A stretch of DNA of 64,000 nt, taken from NCBI GenBank assembly GCA_963693365.1, contig CAVNZM010000012.1, positions 1,984,001 through 2,048,000 on the forward strand, in the 5' to 3' direction. The notes below the pieces were generated by a model. It was not told where the DNA came from. It saw nothing but the letters and a program-made list of their open reading frames with translations, and ran no database searches. Position numbers and translations under genes: made by a program. Below are positions 33,151 to 43,741 of the stretch, piece after piece. Within the stretch, counting starts at the first letter, position 1. Every line of letters begins with the position of its first letter. Source of the DNA: Amoebidium appalachense. Taxonomy: Eukaryota > Protista > Ichthyosporea.

Positions 33151-33525
33151 ATGGCTACCGACACTGCTATTGTACCGTGGGCACCTACACCAACCCAGGC
33201 AGCCGTGTACGGCTACAAGGTGGCTCCACAGGCCGAGTACGAGGCAGCCTATGTTGCCCCCTACCGTGTACCTCACACGGACGGCACCTTCCAGGCCGGG
33301 GTGTACGGTGTGCCGTTCCGTGAGCTGCCGACTTTCGGCAACCTGCCCGCCGACAACCACCTACCCTCCATGCCGGGCAGGAGTGGTCTGGGTAGCAGGG
33401 GTCTCCCGTTCAACAACCAGACCTACTACCTGGACTTTGCACCCGTGAGGGTGGGCCGTAGTGGTGACCCCCAGAACAGCTTTACCAGGCAACCCATGGC
33501 ACAGTATGCCGGGTTCTCCAAATAA
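33151..33525 (+). CDS. Hypothetical protein, 124 aa
   Basis: TATATAAA about 25 bp upstream; ATG start; GC3 bias. Confidence 0.7.
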   Translation: MATDTAIVPWAPTPTQAAVYGYKVAPQAEYEAAYVAPYRVPHTDGTFQAGVYGVPFRELPTFGNLPADNHLPSMPGRSGLGSRGLPFNNQTYYLDFAPVRVGRSGDPQNSFTRQPMAQYAGFSK

Positions 33526-33558
33526 TAAACACCAGTTTACAACAATACCGTGTCCACC

Positions 33559-35977
33559 ATGTCCCCCAACGTGCAGCAGCCTCATGGGCACGCTGATGAC
33601 TTGGACAAGCATTTGGGTTGGTTACAACGTGTGGGCCATTACCGTGTCAGCTACAAGCACCCACACGAGGTCGCCGGGGAAACGTGGCGTGAGCTCCCTG
33701 TCGGTTTGTTTGGGTCTTTGCAGCAGCGGTTGCACCCGGATGAATACCGTAAGCTCATTAGGGAGGGTCCCGAGGCCTTCCTCAGGCTCAAGTACATGGA
33801 CCCTGACCATGGGTCTTTGTGGGGTGGGCATCCGCCGGAGGTGGTTAAGGTGGACCTAGACTACATGGACTACTACTCCCACCTCAAGGACAAGTACGGT
33901 AGCTCGTACGTGTGGACCAGACCCCGACCACCCCCTCCCCCCGTGCCTGACGTGACCCCACTGACACCCCCTCCCCTCCCCCACCCCGTCCGACCACCCA
34001 ACCAAGTCAGCTGACCCTCCCATACCCTACCCACCCCCGGGCTGGCACCCTGGACCACCACCACCACGGCCAACGTCTGCCATACGTCCCCCTGCCCGTG
34101 TCTCCAAGGGACCGCTGACACCCCACACGGGCGGCTCGACCACGAGTCCCCGACCGTCGGGTTTCCTAGGGCAGAAGGGACCCAAACCCACCCGTACACC
34201 CCTCCCGTACCCACCCCCCAACTGGCACCCCGGCCCACTGCCCACGACCCCTGCAGCACCCCACCTGCCTGCCAAGCCCGACGGGCCACCCCTCCCGTAC
34301 CCACCCCCCAACTGGCGCCCCGGCCCACTGCCCACGACCCCTGCAGCACCCCACCTGCCTGCCAAGCCCGACGGGCCACCCCTCCCGTACCCACCCCCCA
34401 ACTGGCACCCCGGCCCACTGCCCACGACCCCTGCAGCACCCCACCTGCCCGCCAAGCCCGACGGGCCACCCCTCCCGTACCCACCCCCCAACTGGCACCC
34501 CGGCCCACTGCCCACGACCCCTGCAGCACCCCACCTGCCTGCCAAGCCCGACGGGCCACCCCTCCCGTACCCACCCCCCAACTGGCACCCCGGCCCACTG
34601 CCCACGACCCCTGCGGCACCCCACCTGCCGGCCATGGCACCAACCAGCACGGCAACTTCTGCAACACCGACCGAGACTCAGCTAGCCGAAGCCACCACTG
34701 CTGCCGTTGCCACTATTGAGGACGACTCCTTTTGGGCCCCCCTCTCGGAGCTGGAGAGGTGGCTCATGTTGAACCACCCGAATTGGTGGAGGGTGGCACA
34801 GATAGGTGGCCTCGCTCTTGTCAAGTGGATCCTCTGGGGTCTCGGGGACAAGGGCAACCAGGCGAGGGCTGCAAGGGCTGCCGGGAGGGAGTTTGGCCGT
34901 GTTCTAAGTGCACCACCACCACTGGCATTCCTAACCGAGACTCCGACGGTTCACCCCTCCCTTGCTGCCACCTACTACCCAACGACTAAAAAGTCGGTCA
35001 CCATGAAGGGGGGAGGGACGACACCTGCACTCTGGAGACCCCCCACGAGCCCGGCTGCACCGTCAACCACTCTGCAAGGGGGACTCGAGGGTCCCACGTC
35101 TGCTACCCCACCCGATGAGGGGACCTATGAGCCCGTACCGGTGACCCGTACCGACAAGGGTTCCTCCGGTATGAACGCGTTGCTGGGGCCACTCAAACGG
35201 ATGCACGGTGAGAGCCTGGAGGAGTATGAGAGACGGATGTACGAGCAAAACTCAGTGTTTGACAACCCGGCCTTGACACCCTATATGAAATCGGTGTTGA
35301 AACGTGGCGTTGAAGCACTTTCAGCGGGTGGGGAGAGGCTGGCTAGTGTGGTCGGAGGGGGCAGCCTGCAGGAAGCTGTGTTGGGTGACCAGGGCCTTAT
35401 CACCGAGGTGAAAAACGTCGGAAAGCACTTGCTGGAGTACTACGTGCAGCAGCACAAGTCGACTCCACCGGCCTCCTCCACCCCTCTAGCTATAGAGCAC
35501 GACCCTTCGGGTGGCCGTAGGTCCGGGAGAAAGCCTCCCCCTGCAGGCCCCTCTGCAGAACCAAGTCCGGCTACGCGTCATGACGGCTACAAGTCGGGGG
35601 ACCTACCACACCACACACAGCACCCACACGTCCGAGCAGCCCTTCCGTTGGTTAGGGCAGCCCTACCGACTGTTGGCCGGGCCCTTGGTTTTCAACCGGA
35701 CACTGTGAGACTGGCACAGCTTGCACTGGACTACACCACTGGTACCACCGAGGAGGATAAGAAGAAGAAAGACACCAAGAAGAAGGGTACGAAGAAGAAG
35801 GACGGCAAGAAGAAGGACACCAAGAAGAAGGAGGACACCAAGAAGAAGGACACCAAGAAGAAGGACGTCAAGAAGAAGGAGGACACCAAGAAGAAGGACA
35901 CCAAGAAGAAGAAGGACACCAAGAAGAAACCAGCGGCAAGAAGAAGGGTAAATAATCTACGCCACAGGCAACAGTGA
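33559..35977 (+). CDS. Large Pro-rich protein with Lys/Asp-rich tail, apparently one gene with a frameshift at 33965-34014
   Basis: Frame 1 is open 33559-34014 and frame 2 is open 33965-35977. The overlap lies in C-homopolymer runs. Confidence 0.6.
34197..34633 (+). repeat. 90-bp tandem repeat, about 4.8 copies (LPYPPPNWHPGPLPTTPAAPHLPAKPDGPP)
   Basis: Units start at 34201, 34291, 34381, 34471 and 34561. Confidence 0.95.
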
Positions 35978-36270
35978 CACCACCACCACCAATATGGCAC
36001 CCGGCACGGAGCACATGCGCATGTATGCGTTGCCACACACCCTTGCCCCCCTCCCCGTACCCCCTCCCCTACCGCACCCGACCGACCCCCGGGCCTGTAC
36101 CCCAAACCCGACCGTTCTACGGGCCGGGAAACACCGTCATTGAGGGCCCAGGGGGGACCATGAGGCCGAGGCCGGCCACGTACACACCTTGGCCTGTGGC
36201 TGCCGACAAGAGCTCCTTCCAGAACTATTAAATATTGTGTGTGGTTGTGTAAACACCCTACTTCTGCAAC

Positions 36271-36462
36271 ATGGAGCTCAACATTGGCGGGCCCCCCATA
36301 CGTAAGAAGCCGTTCATTTTTCCGGAGCAGAACAACAGCTTAAACGTCATGGACGTCTCGACCATACGTGACTTCCGGGAACGCCCGTTGGCCTACACCG
36401 TACCGTTGTCCGGCATCAACGCCAACCGTCCCATACGCACGGCACCTGTGGTGTTTAAATAA
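36271..36462 (+). CDS. Small hypothetical protein, 63 aa
   Basis: CAACATG start; ends at AAATAAA. Confidence 0.5.
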   Translation: MELNIGGPPIRKKPFIFPEQNNSLNVMDVSTIRDFRERPLAYTVPLSGINANRPIRTAPVVFK

Positions 36463-36579
36463 ACTTGAGTGGGTCGACGGTAGTGTGGGCACGTGCTGGC
36501 ACACCCCCTACCACCACCTGCTACCCCTAACATATTGTGCACATGTCTTGTATTTAGGTCACGGTACAGTAGCACCAGG

Positions 36580-37467
36580 CTACAGGTAAAACATGTTGTA
36601 TTCCACAAGCATGTGGTAGTTTTTAAGGTCCCTCTCCAGCTGCACCCACACCTTGTCACTCTTGACTCTAGTCACCTTGCTTTTGACGGCCGGCACCAGC
36701 CTAGCCACCACCTCAGCATCCATACCACCCACTAATTCCACCATTTTCACCAGCAGGAACGGGTACCCCACAAAGTTCTTCCTTGTGTCCTCCTTGTGCC
36801 TCCTATGCCACGACAAGGAGAACTTAAACATGCCCATCAACAGCTCGAGCTGTTCACACGTGAACCTAGGGAGGGGGTGACCGTACAGCCTGTTTAATAT
36901 ATAAGGTACACGCATGTAGTGTTTTGTAAGCTTGTTCTGTCTCAACACCCTCCTTGCCTGGTCTGCATTCTCTATGTGTGCCACACCCCTGAATGCTGCC
37001 ACCACCCCCTCCTGCATGTCCCCCATGGAAGCATTCAACCCCTGCACCGACTGAAGTAGCTGCTTGAAGTGGTTGATGTGTCTGTATGGCTGTGACCTCT
37101 TCCTGTCCCAGAAGGCCGTGCACCCCTCATAGGTCTTCCTCCCCTCACCGTCACTCCCCTCCCACCCCCTCCCGTCGTACACCCAGTCCTCCTCCCCCTC
37201 TCCCTCCCCCTCCTCCCCCCCTTTCCCTCCCCCCTCCTCGTACACGTACTCCTGGACTCCTCCGTCGTGCCCGTAGTCGTCGTGTCCCCCCGTGGACGTC
37301 TCCCTGTTGCAGTATGCCCACCAACATGCATTCGGTGGTTGTAGTGGGGGTGGGGGTGGGGGTGTGGTCGGGCTACAGTACATGTCGAAGAGGAAGGGGC
37401 ATAAGTCTAGCAGCTTCTCGGGGTCTGTGGTGTCTGCCACCATACTTAGCAGTGTGTCTTCATCCAT
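36580..37467 (-). CDS. Poxvirus VLTF3 (A2)-like late transcription factor
   Basis: YRHINHFKQLLQSVQG, RKNFVGYPFLLVKMVELVG and KS-x5-KSDKVWVQLERDL match NCLDV VLTF3 C-terminal motifs. Confidence 0.82.
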   Translation of the reverse strand: MDEDTLLSMVADTTDPEKLLDLCPFLFDMYCSPTTPPPPPPLQPPNACWWAYCNRETSTGGHDDYGHDGGVQEYVYEEGGGKGGEEGEGEGEEDWVYDGRGWEGSDGEGRKTYEGCTAFWDRKRSQPYRHINHFKQLLQSVQGLNASMGDMQEGVVAAFRGVAHIENADQARRVLRQNKLTKHYMRVPYILNRLYGHPLPRFTCEQLELLMGMFKFSLSWHRRHKEDTRKNFVGYPFLLVKMVELVGGMDAEVVARLVPAVKSKVTRVKSDKVWVQLERDLKNYHMLVEYNMFYL

Positions 37468-37972
37468 TTTTAATTTTGATTTTTTCGTGTGTTGCCTGTT
37501 TTCGTGTTGGAAAAAGTGAGGTATCTTTGCACATGTGTGTGCCTTTTATATGTGCTGGTGCCTGCTCTTTTTGGCAAGTCTCCCCCCCTTGTATGCATGT
37601 ATGGTGCTGTTGTTGGTGTTCATGCTTCTGCCCAAGGCCACATTGGAAGGGTTTGTGTTTGCATTAAACTCTGATTTTATTTGCTGCTTCCCCTCATGCA
37701 TACGGTGCACGTGGTGTATGCCCAAAAACACCGTCTTTTTCTTTAAGTTTTTCTTCTGACCCCCTTTCCCATGCACACTGCACCCCATTTTTCCTTTTTT
37801 CTGAAGCTAAGTTAACAGACACCCCATATAATTTTCATGTCTACCCTAACGTATTCCCTGCATACTTTGATACTTTGATTTAACTTTGATTTAAAAATTG
37901 CATACTTTAACTTAAAATGCTAACTAACCCTTCCCCTTCCCTCCCCCTCCCTCCCCCTCCCCCTCCCCCCAC

Positions 37973-40900
37973 TCAAAACTGCAGAGTCCCCTCCGGTGCT
38001 GCCCACCCAATGGGGTAGCTGCGTACACTGCCGTCGGCTGCCTCAAACACCCCCCTCTTGTCGAAGGCCCCCGACTGTGTCTTCCTCTGGTCCTTGCTGG
38101 CCAGGTGGTAGTTGTGGGGCACCCCGGGCACGGGCTCGCGCAGCAGCCGGTGGTTGGTGACACTCACACTCGGCATCTCCCCGTGCACCAGCATACGGAG
38201 GCTGGGGAGGTTCACCATGTCGGCTGCACGACGGGAGAGGGTGATGCCCTTGACCTTGACGTCGGTCTTGCCGTCCTGGGTGCGGTAGGCATAGGTCTTG
38301 GGGGCCACTCCAACAAACTCGACGATGGGGGCGGTGGTCTCGTTCTTCCAGTTGCCCAGCAAGTCCCCGTTGGTGGAGTCGATGTTGTGGCTGAGGTGGG
38401 GCACCCTGCTGTCGTAGTGGTAGACGATGGAGTCCGTGTCCATGTACACCACCTGCTGGGGGGAGAGGGACCGGAGGGCACCATAGAGGTGCAGCCGTGC
38501 ATGGGCCGTCACGAACGTGCCGATGGCGATGTTCGCGTAGGAGGGGGGTGGGGCCGTCTCCTTCTTGGGCCTGTACTTGATGGCCACCCTCTGCTCGCCG
38601 ATGGGCTCGACGTCCAGCACCAAGATGTTGGGGTTGGTCACCAGCAGACTCAGCCGATCGACATCGTCGACAAACTCGATGGTGTCGAGCCCTGCCCTCT
38701 GCACCAGCTTGCCCCAGAGGCTGTTCAAAAACAGCTTGCTGATGGTACGAAGGGCAGGGTTGGGGCTGAACTCGTCGGCCGTCACCGTGATGCCGTAGTG
38801 CTCCTTGAACAGGTGCACGAGGGCGGGTATGTCGGCAGGATCCACGGTGGTGCTGGTGAGCTTCACCTTCAGGAAGGTCTGCACGTACTTCCGAAACAGG
38901 TTCTTGGTGCGTTTCTTGAAATGCACCACATCGTACACATCGAGGATGGTGTACCCATCACGCACGGCCACCTTCAGCTCCTCCGTCGTCCACGTGCCGA
39001 CCAGTGCCCTCTCCTCGTCCGTGTGTGTGCATTGCACATGCTCACGCACCCGGGGGTTGCCCTCCTCGTCCATGCAGGTGGCCAGGGCCTCCTCCTTGCT
39101 GCTGCAGGCCCTGCACAGCACAAAGCCCAGCTTGTCGTACCCCTGGGCACCCGTCATACGCACAGGCAGCACGGGGATGAAGAGATCCTTGGGGGGGAGC
39201 ACCCTCACACGTGCAACACCAAAGTACCCCTTGGTCCTGGCCTTGGGGGAGCCGGGGGTCATACGGCACGTCTTGTCGAGCCTCTCCTTGAGCACCTGGG
39301 GGTCCGTGACGATGACCGAGGGGTGGTCCTCCGGCTTGATGGGCAGTGACGTGAACCACTGTGACTTGCCCACCGGCATGTACTTGTCAATCATCACGTA
39401 CGGGTAGAGGGACGTGACGTCGACGTACTTGAGCCCTGCCTGTGGCCAGTCCTCCTCCTTGACCTCGATGTGACGAGTGATGACCTCCGTACGGCCACCA
39501 AAGAAGGCATCACGGAACTGCACCGGGCCCGTGGGCACGGGGGCCACCCTGCCGGTGCCCTCCCTCCGTGCTGCCTGTGCTGCAAGTGCTGCCTTCACCT
39601 CCGGGCTCTGCCGAAGCCTGTCCCACCTGCACTCCCACATGCTCTGCACCTTGTGCCCCTGGGCACGGATGTACCTCTCGTGGCCCATGGTGCTGTCGTA
39701 GGCCTCCTTGGCCGACCTCTTCACCACCCTCATCGTCAGATCCTCGTGCATATTGCATTCGGGGCACCCGTGGAACACACACCCGTGGAAGAAGTAGTAG
39801 GTGCACGTGCCGTCGTCGTGGGTGGCCTTGGCATCGGCCGTGGCCCGCCCGTGGGGGCCGTACCCGGTGGCCTCGTGCCGTGCAATGTCGTCGGGCCCCA
39901 CCCCCAGCCCGTGGGTGACGTAGTCGATGTACTCCTGCTCCTTCTTGCTGCTGTTGACGTTGCCCATGGTCTGGTCTCGAAGCACAGCCACGTCCTTGGG
40001 CATGGCCTGTGAGATCCAGAAGTGCATGGCCAGTGCTGCAAGGGTCACACACGTGAAGGGGTCGATGCCCGTCAGCTCAATGAGTTTGGACATGAAGGCC
40101 TTGACCACCTGCTGCAGCAGCACCACGTCCTTGACACAGTAGTCCTCACACTGCTGCACAATGTCGTAGCACGTGGCTGCCGGGGCCCCCTCAAGCAGAC
40201 GTGCCTGCTCCTCGTGCCACCACTGCATGAAGGCAGCATGCTGTCTGGGCTTCATGTCCTGGGCACCAAAGTCCTCGGGCCCGGGGAAGGGAATGGTGCC
40301 GGCCTTGAAGTTGGCAAAGGTGGCTGCATGGTGGGGGAAGTGGCCCTTGGTCTCCTCACACCCCATGGCCTTGCCCGCATCTGACAGGGACATGGTGAGG
40401 AAGTTGAGGGTGTCCACGAACGTCAGCTCCACCACCGTGGTACGGCTACCGCCCCCCCTCTCCCCCCCGTGCCGTCTCTTGTGGCCGGTGCCTGCTGCTG
40501 CTGCTGCTGCTGCTGCTGCCTGCTGCTGCACATCACCATGGCCATCACCATCCACCGGCATGGGTGTGGGCTCGGGGTCTGCTGCACCGGCACCCTTGAG
40601 GTAGTGACGTATACGGCAGGACTTGATCTTGCTGTTGGTCATGATGGGCACGTACACATAGTCCTGGCTGCCCACCACCCTCTTGGTCACAAAGTGGAAG
40701 TCGAAGCCACTGCCGTTGTGGCAAAACACCCGGCCACCGGCGTGGGCAGGGGTGTCAAACAGCCACTTGACCACCTTGTCAATCACGTGGTGGTTGTCGT
40801 CCATCAACACGTCCCAGGCGTCCTTGCCGTCGGCCGAGGGCTCCGGCCAGAAGATGATGGGGCCAGTCGGTTGGCCATCTGACGGCTCGACGTACATGGC

Positions 40901-43531
40901 CACAGCAAGGTACACAATGTGGATGAAGTGGGGGTTGTCGGGTGTGTGGTCGGGGGCTGGCACCGGCATGGTCTCAAAGTCCAGCACAATGTCCCTGATG
41001 GGCTGCCTGGTCTGCTTCCACACACCCCCGGGTCCGCTGCCGTCATTGTCGGGCACGTGCCGTTTGCACACGTGTGCACCCACCCTGCTGCCGGCAGCAT
41101 CCACCCTGACCCTCTGCCGTGCAGGTGACTCTCCCCCCTCCTCCCCCTCCCCCTGCTCGTTGGAGAAGCATGCCACCCTGTCACACACCGCACCGTCTGC
41201 ATCCGTGTGTGTGCACATATACACACGCCGTTGGCCACTGAGCTTGCTACGTATGAGGCACGTGTGGTTGCCGGGCATATAGCCCCCACAGCCCTTGCAG
41301 GCGTAGTCGGTGCACAGGTGTTGTGTCCACGTGTCGTCCTTCTTGGCCCCGTGCTCACCCCCCTCACCCCCCTCCCCCTCCCCCTCAGACATCTGCATGA
41401 GGTCGACGGCATCATCCTCGTCATCACTCTCACTCTCGTCGTCTGACGACTCGACAAGGCAGGGTGGGGGGTCTGTGCCTGTGTCGGAGTCCTCCCCCTC
41501 CGTGTCCGTGGCATAGTCCCAGTCCTCCCCCTCGTCGTTGGGGCCTGCATCTGCCCCTGCATCGTACCCCCCTTGCTCCTGGGCAGTGTGCAGCCGGCGT
41601 AGACGGCGCACGCTGGCGTACTTGAACTTGTAGAAGAACCGGCCGGCAGGATTGCCCGACACACACACCCTGAGGGCATCATCTCCACTGCCAATCATCC
41701 TGTACCCCTGCAGGCCGTGGGTGCACGTGGCCAGCCGGCACCAGAACACGGTGTCACAGAAGGATTGTTGCCGGCCGTCGGCCCTGGCCCCGGCCCCCTT
41801 GAGCTTGGTGCTGTGGTTGGCCATGCACCTGGCCGAAGGGAAGAGGCCACAGCAGTCGTCACAACGGTAAGGCCATGCATCCTCCCCCACCCGTGCTAGC
41901 TCCACACGGCGCCCGGGGGTCCACACACAGGCATCTGCCTGGTCGATGTGGTTCCCCTTTGATCCACAGTTCCCACACCGGTTCACACAACGGTGCACCC
42001 CCATGTTCTTGGATTGCACGGTCTGGTTGCAGTGGAAGCAGGTGCTGAGGCTCCGACGTACGGCCCCCGTGTGGTTGCCGTTGCGCAGGCGCTCGATGGT
42101 GTTGCTGACATTGGAGGGGATGGCCATGAAGTGGCCCAGCTTCTGGGAGTGGCCAAGGTACATGGTGCACAGCTTGCCGGGGGGAAGGGCCGAGCTCACG
42201 TCCCCGTACCTTCTTGCCACCCTACCCTTGCTGTCCAGGTCCACCACCACCAGCCGTAGACGGGTGACTGACTGGGTCTCACTGGCAATCTGCATGTTGA
42301 GGGCATCCACGGCTGCACCCAACTGATCCACCGTCAGCCCGTCCTCTGCAGGCACAGGCAGCTTGTACTTGGCCCACAGCCGGCGGGTGGCCCTTGCCAG
42401 CCTGCGCAGGTAGCGGTCCTGGAAGTTGCTCCTTGGGTTGATGGGTGGCTGCAGCAGGTTGCACACCCCACAGCCGGAAGACACAGACCTACCCAGAGCC
42501 TTGTTGCCAATACCAATCACATCCATAGGGTCCAGTAGTTGGCACAGCACGTGGTGGTCCTTGAGCTTCATGAGGTCACCCCCATTGCCCAGGTTCTTAC
42601 GAGTGTGCTCGGAGGGCAGGCTGCCGTTCTCGTTGCTGTTGGCTGCCTTGCTGACCCACATTGCCATACAGTACACCAGGCACAGCTGGGCACAGGAGGG
42701 GCCGTCGGCAATCTCAAGCAGCTGATGGTGGTCAAGCTCCTTCTCCCCTGTCACCTGCGGGTCGTTGCTGCTGCAGGCTGCCTTCACCAGGGTGGTCACA
42801 TCCACCACGGCCTTGGCCTCCACCAGCTCCCGCAGCCACTGGGCTGTCACCCCTGTGAGGGTGGACAGGGACCCGCAGGCACCCTTCCTCACCATGTCCT
42901 TGGGCCGGACCACGGTCAGATGCACACTGGATCGCCCGTCCATAAAGGTCTCGGCTGCACTCTGGGTGCGTTGGCGTATGTTCTCCATCAGCTTGAGCAC
43001 CACGGCATTCACATCACCGTTGAACACGTCCATGGGGCCTGCCGTAAACACACGACGGTTGGTGACATCGGCGTTGGGGTTGCCGTCATCCCCCACCTGG
43101 TTGTCCACACCATTGGCCTGCACGTGCAAGCTGATGATGCGTACGATGATCATGTCCCCCACCTGCACATCTGCACGGGCGATGGCATCAAACAGCATAG
43201 CTGCAAAGAACTGGGGGAACTCGGTGACGTCCATGGTGCGCAGGGGTTGGTACTCGAGGGTGTGGCCGCGTACGCCCAACCCCCTTGCCTGCATGTCATC
43301 CACCCGTGAACGCAGCTGCCAGTTGCCCTCGGCAGGCATGGCAATGATCTGGGGGTCATCTGGGTGGTTGATGGGGGCGGGGGCAGGGGGGAGGCCGGGG
43401 GGGGGTGGGGGTGGGGGTGGTGGGCCCTGCAGGGCCTGCAGAAACGGGTTGGCTTGCAGGGCCTGCTGCGGGTCGGCATCCAGTGCCCGCAGCAGGTCCT
43501 CTATGAAACCTTCCTGGCTGTCGTCTAACAT
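37973..43531 (-). CDS. Protein-primed family B DNA polymerase, 1852 aa
   Basis: Exonuclease LDFET, HNGSGFD, YCVKDV; polymerase FFGGRTE, DVTSLYP, KLFLNSLWGK, YMDTDS, KTYAY; Vsr-like insert FHGCVFHGC...MWECRW; long Cys-rich N-terminus. Confidence 0.97.
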   Translation of the reverse strand: MLDDSQEGFIEDLLRALDADPQQALQANPFLQALQGPPPPPPPPPGLPPAPAPINHPDDPQIIAMPAEGNWQLRSRVDDMQARGLGVRGHTLEYQPLRTMDVTEFPQFFAAMLFDAIARADVQVGDMIIVRIISLHVQANGVDNQVGDDGNPNADVTNRRVFTAGPMDVFNGDVNAVVLKLMENIRQRTQSAAETFMDGRSSVHLTVVRPKDMVRKGACGSLSTLTGVTAQWLRELVEAKAVVDVTTLVKAACSSNDPQVTGEKELDHHQLLEIADGPSCAQLCLVYCMAMWVSKAANSNENGSLPSEHTRKNLGNGGDLMKLKDHHVLCQLLDPMDVIGIGNKALGRSVSSGCGVCNLLQPPINPRSNFQDRYLRRLARATRRLWAKYKLPVPAEDGLTVDQLGAAVDALNMQIASETQSVTRLRLVVVDLDSKGRVARRYGDVSSALPPGKLCTMYLGHSQKLGHFMAIPSNVSNTIERLRNGNHTGAVRRSLSTCFHCNQTVQSKNMGVHRCVNRCGNCGSKGNHIDQADACVWTPGRRVELARVGEDAWPYRCDDCCGLFPSARCMANHSTKLKGAGARADGRQQSFCDTVFWCRLATCTHGLQGYRMIGSGDDALRVCVSGNPAGRFFYKFKYASVRRLRRLHTAQEQGGYDAGADAGPNDEGEDWDYATDTEGEDSDTGTDPPPCLVESSDDESESDDEDDAVDLMQMSEGEGEGGEGGEHGAKKDDTWTQHLCTDYACKGCGGYMPGNHTCLIRSKLSGQRRVYMCTHTDADGAVCDRVACFSNEQGEGEEGGESPARQRVRVDAAGSRVGAHVCKRHVPDNDGSGPGGVWKQTRQPIRDIVLDFETMPVPAPDHTPDNPHFIHIVYLAVAMYVEPSDGQPTGPIIFWPEPSADGKDAWDVLMDDNHHVIDKVVKWLFDTPAHAGGRVFCHNGSGFDFHFVTKRVVGSQDYVYVPIMTNSKIKSCRIRHYLKGAGAADPEPTPMPVDGDGHGDVQQQAAAAAAAAAGTGHKRRHGGERGGGSRTTVVELTFVDTLNFLTMSLSDAGKAMGCEETKGHFPHHAATFANFKAGTIPFPGPEDFGAQDMKPRQHAAFMQWWHEEQARLLEGAPAATCYDIVQQCEDYCVKDVVLLQQVVKAFMSKLIELTGIDPFTCVTLAALAMHFWISQAMPKDVAVLRDQTMGNVNSSKKEQEYIDYVTHGLGVGPDDIARHEATGYGPHGRATADAKATHDDGTCTYYFFHGCVFHGCPECNMHEDLTMRVVKRSAKEAYDSTMGHERYIRAQGHKVQSMWECRWDRLRQSPEVKAALAAQAARREGTGRVAPVPTGPVQFRDAFFGGRTEVITRHIEVKEEDWPQAGLKYVDVTSLYPYVMIDKYMPVGKSQWFTSLPIKPEDHPSVIVTDPQVLKERLDKTCRMTPGSPKARTKGYFGVARVRVLPPKDLFIPVLPVRMTGAQGYDKLGFVLCRACSSKEEALATCMDEEGNPRVREHVQCTHTDEERALVGTWTTEELKVAVRDGYTILDVYDVVHFKKRTKNLFRKYVQTFLKVKLTSTTVDPADIPALVHLFKEHYGITVTADEFSPNPALRTISKLFLNSLWGKLVQRAGLDTIEFVDDVDRLSLLVTNPNILVLDVEPIGEQRVAIKYRPKKETAPPPSYANIAIGTFVTAHARLHLYGALRSLSPQQVVYMDTDSIVYHYDSRVPHLSHNIDSTNGDLLGNWKNETTAPIVEFVGVAPKTYAYRTQDGKTDVKVKGITLSRRAADMVNLPSLRMLVHGEMPSVSVTNHRLLREPVPGVPHNYHLASKDQRKTQSGAFDKRGVFEAADGSVRSYPIGWAAPEGTLQF

Positions 43532-43741
43532 CCTGAACAGTAATCTTAGATCTTAGCCACAATGTAATTGCCAGGCAGCGCCGGCAGCAAAAACATCAAT
43601 AAACAGAACGCAAAATAATGATCCTGTGCGTGCGTAAGTGCGCCACCATTGTTTACACAAGGCGGCCAATAGGAAACCCAGGTTGACCGATCCGGGCGCT
43701 CATTGGCCGCCTTGGAAATGGAATGTGCTATCTTAATGTTC

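Noticed and set aside
38105-43556. Long plus-strand ORFs opposite pPolB (and minus-strand ORFs opposite MCP, plus-strand ORFs opposite fiber)
   Set aside because: Shadow ORFs caused by high GC3 and repeats; no motifs.
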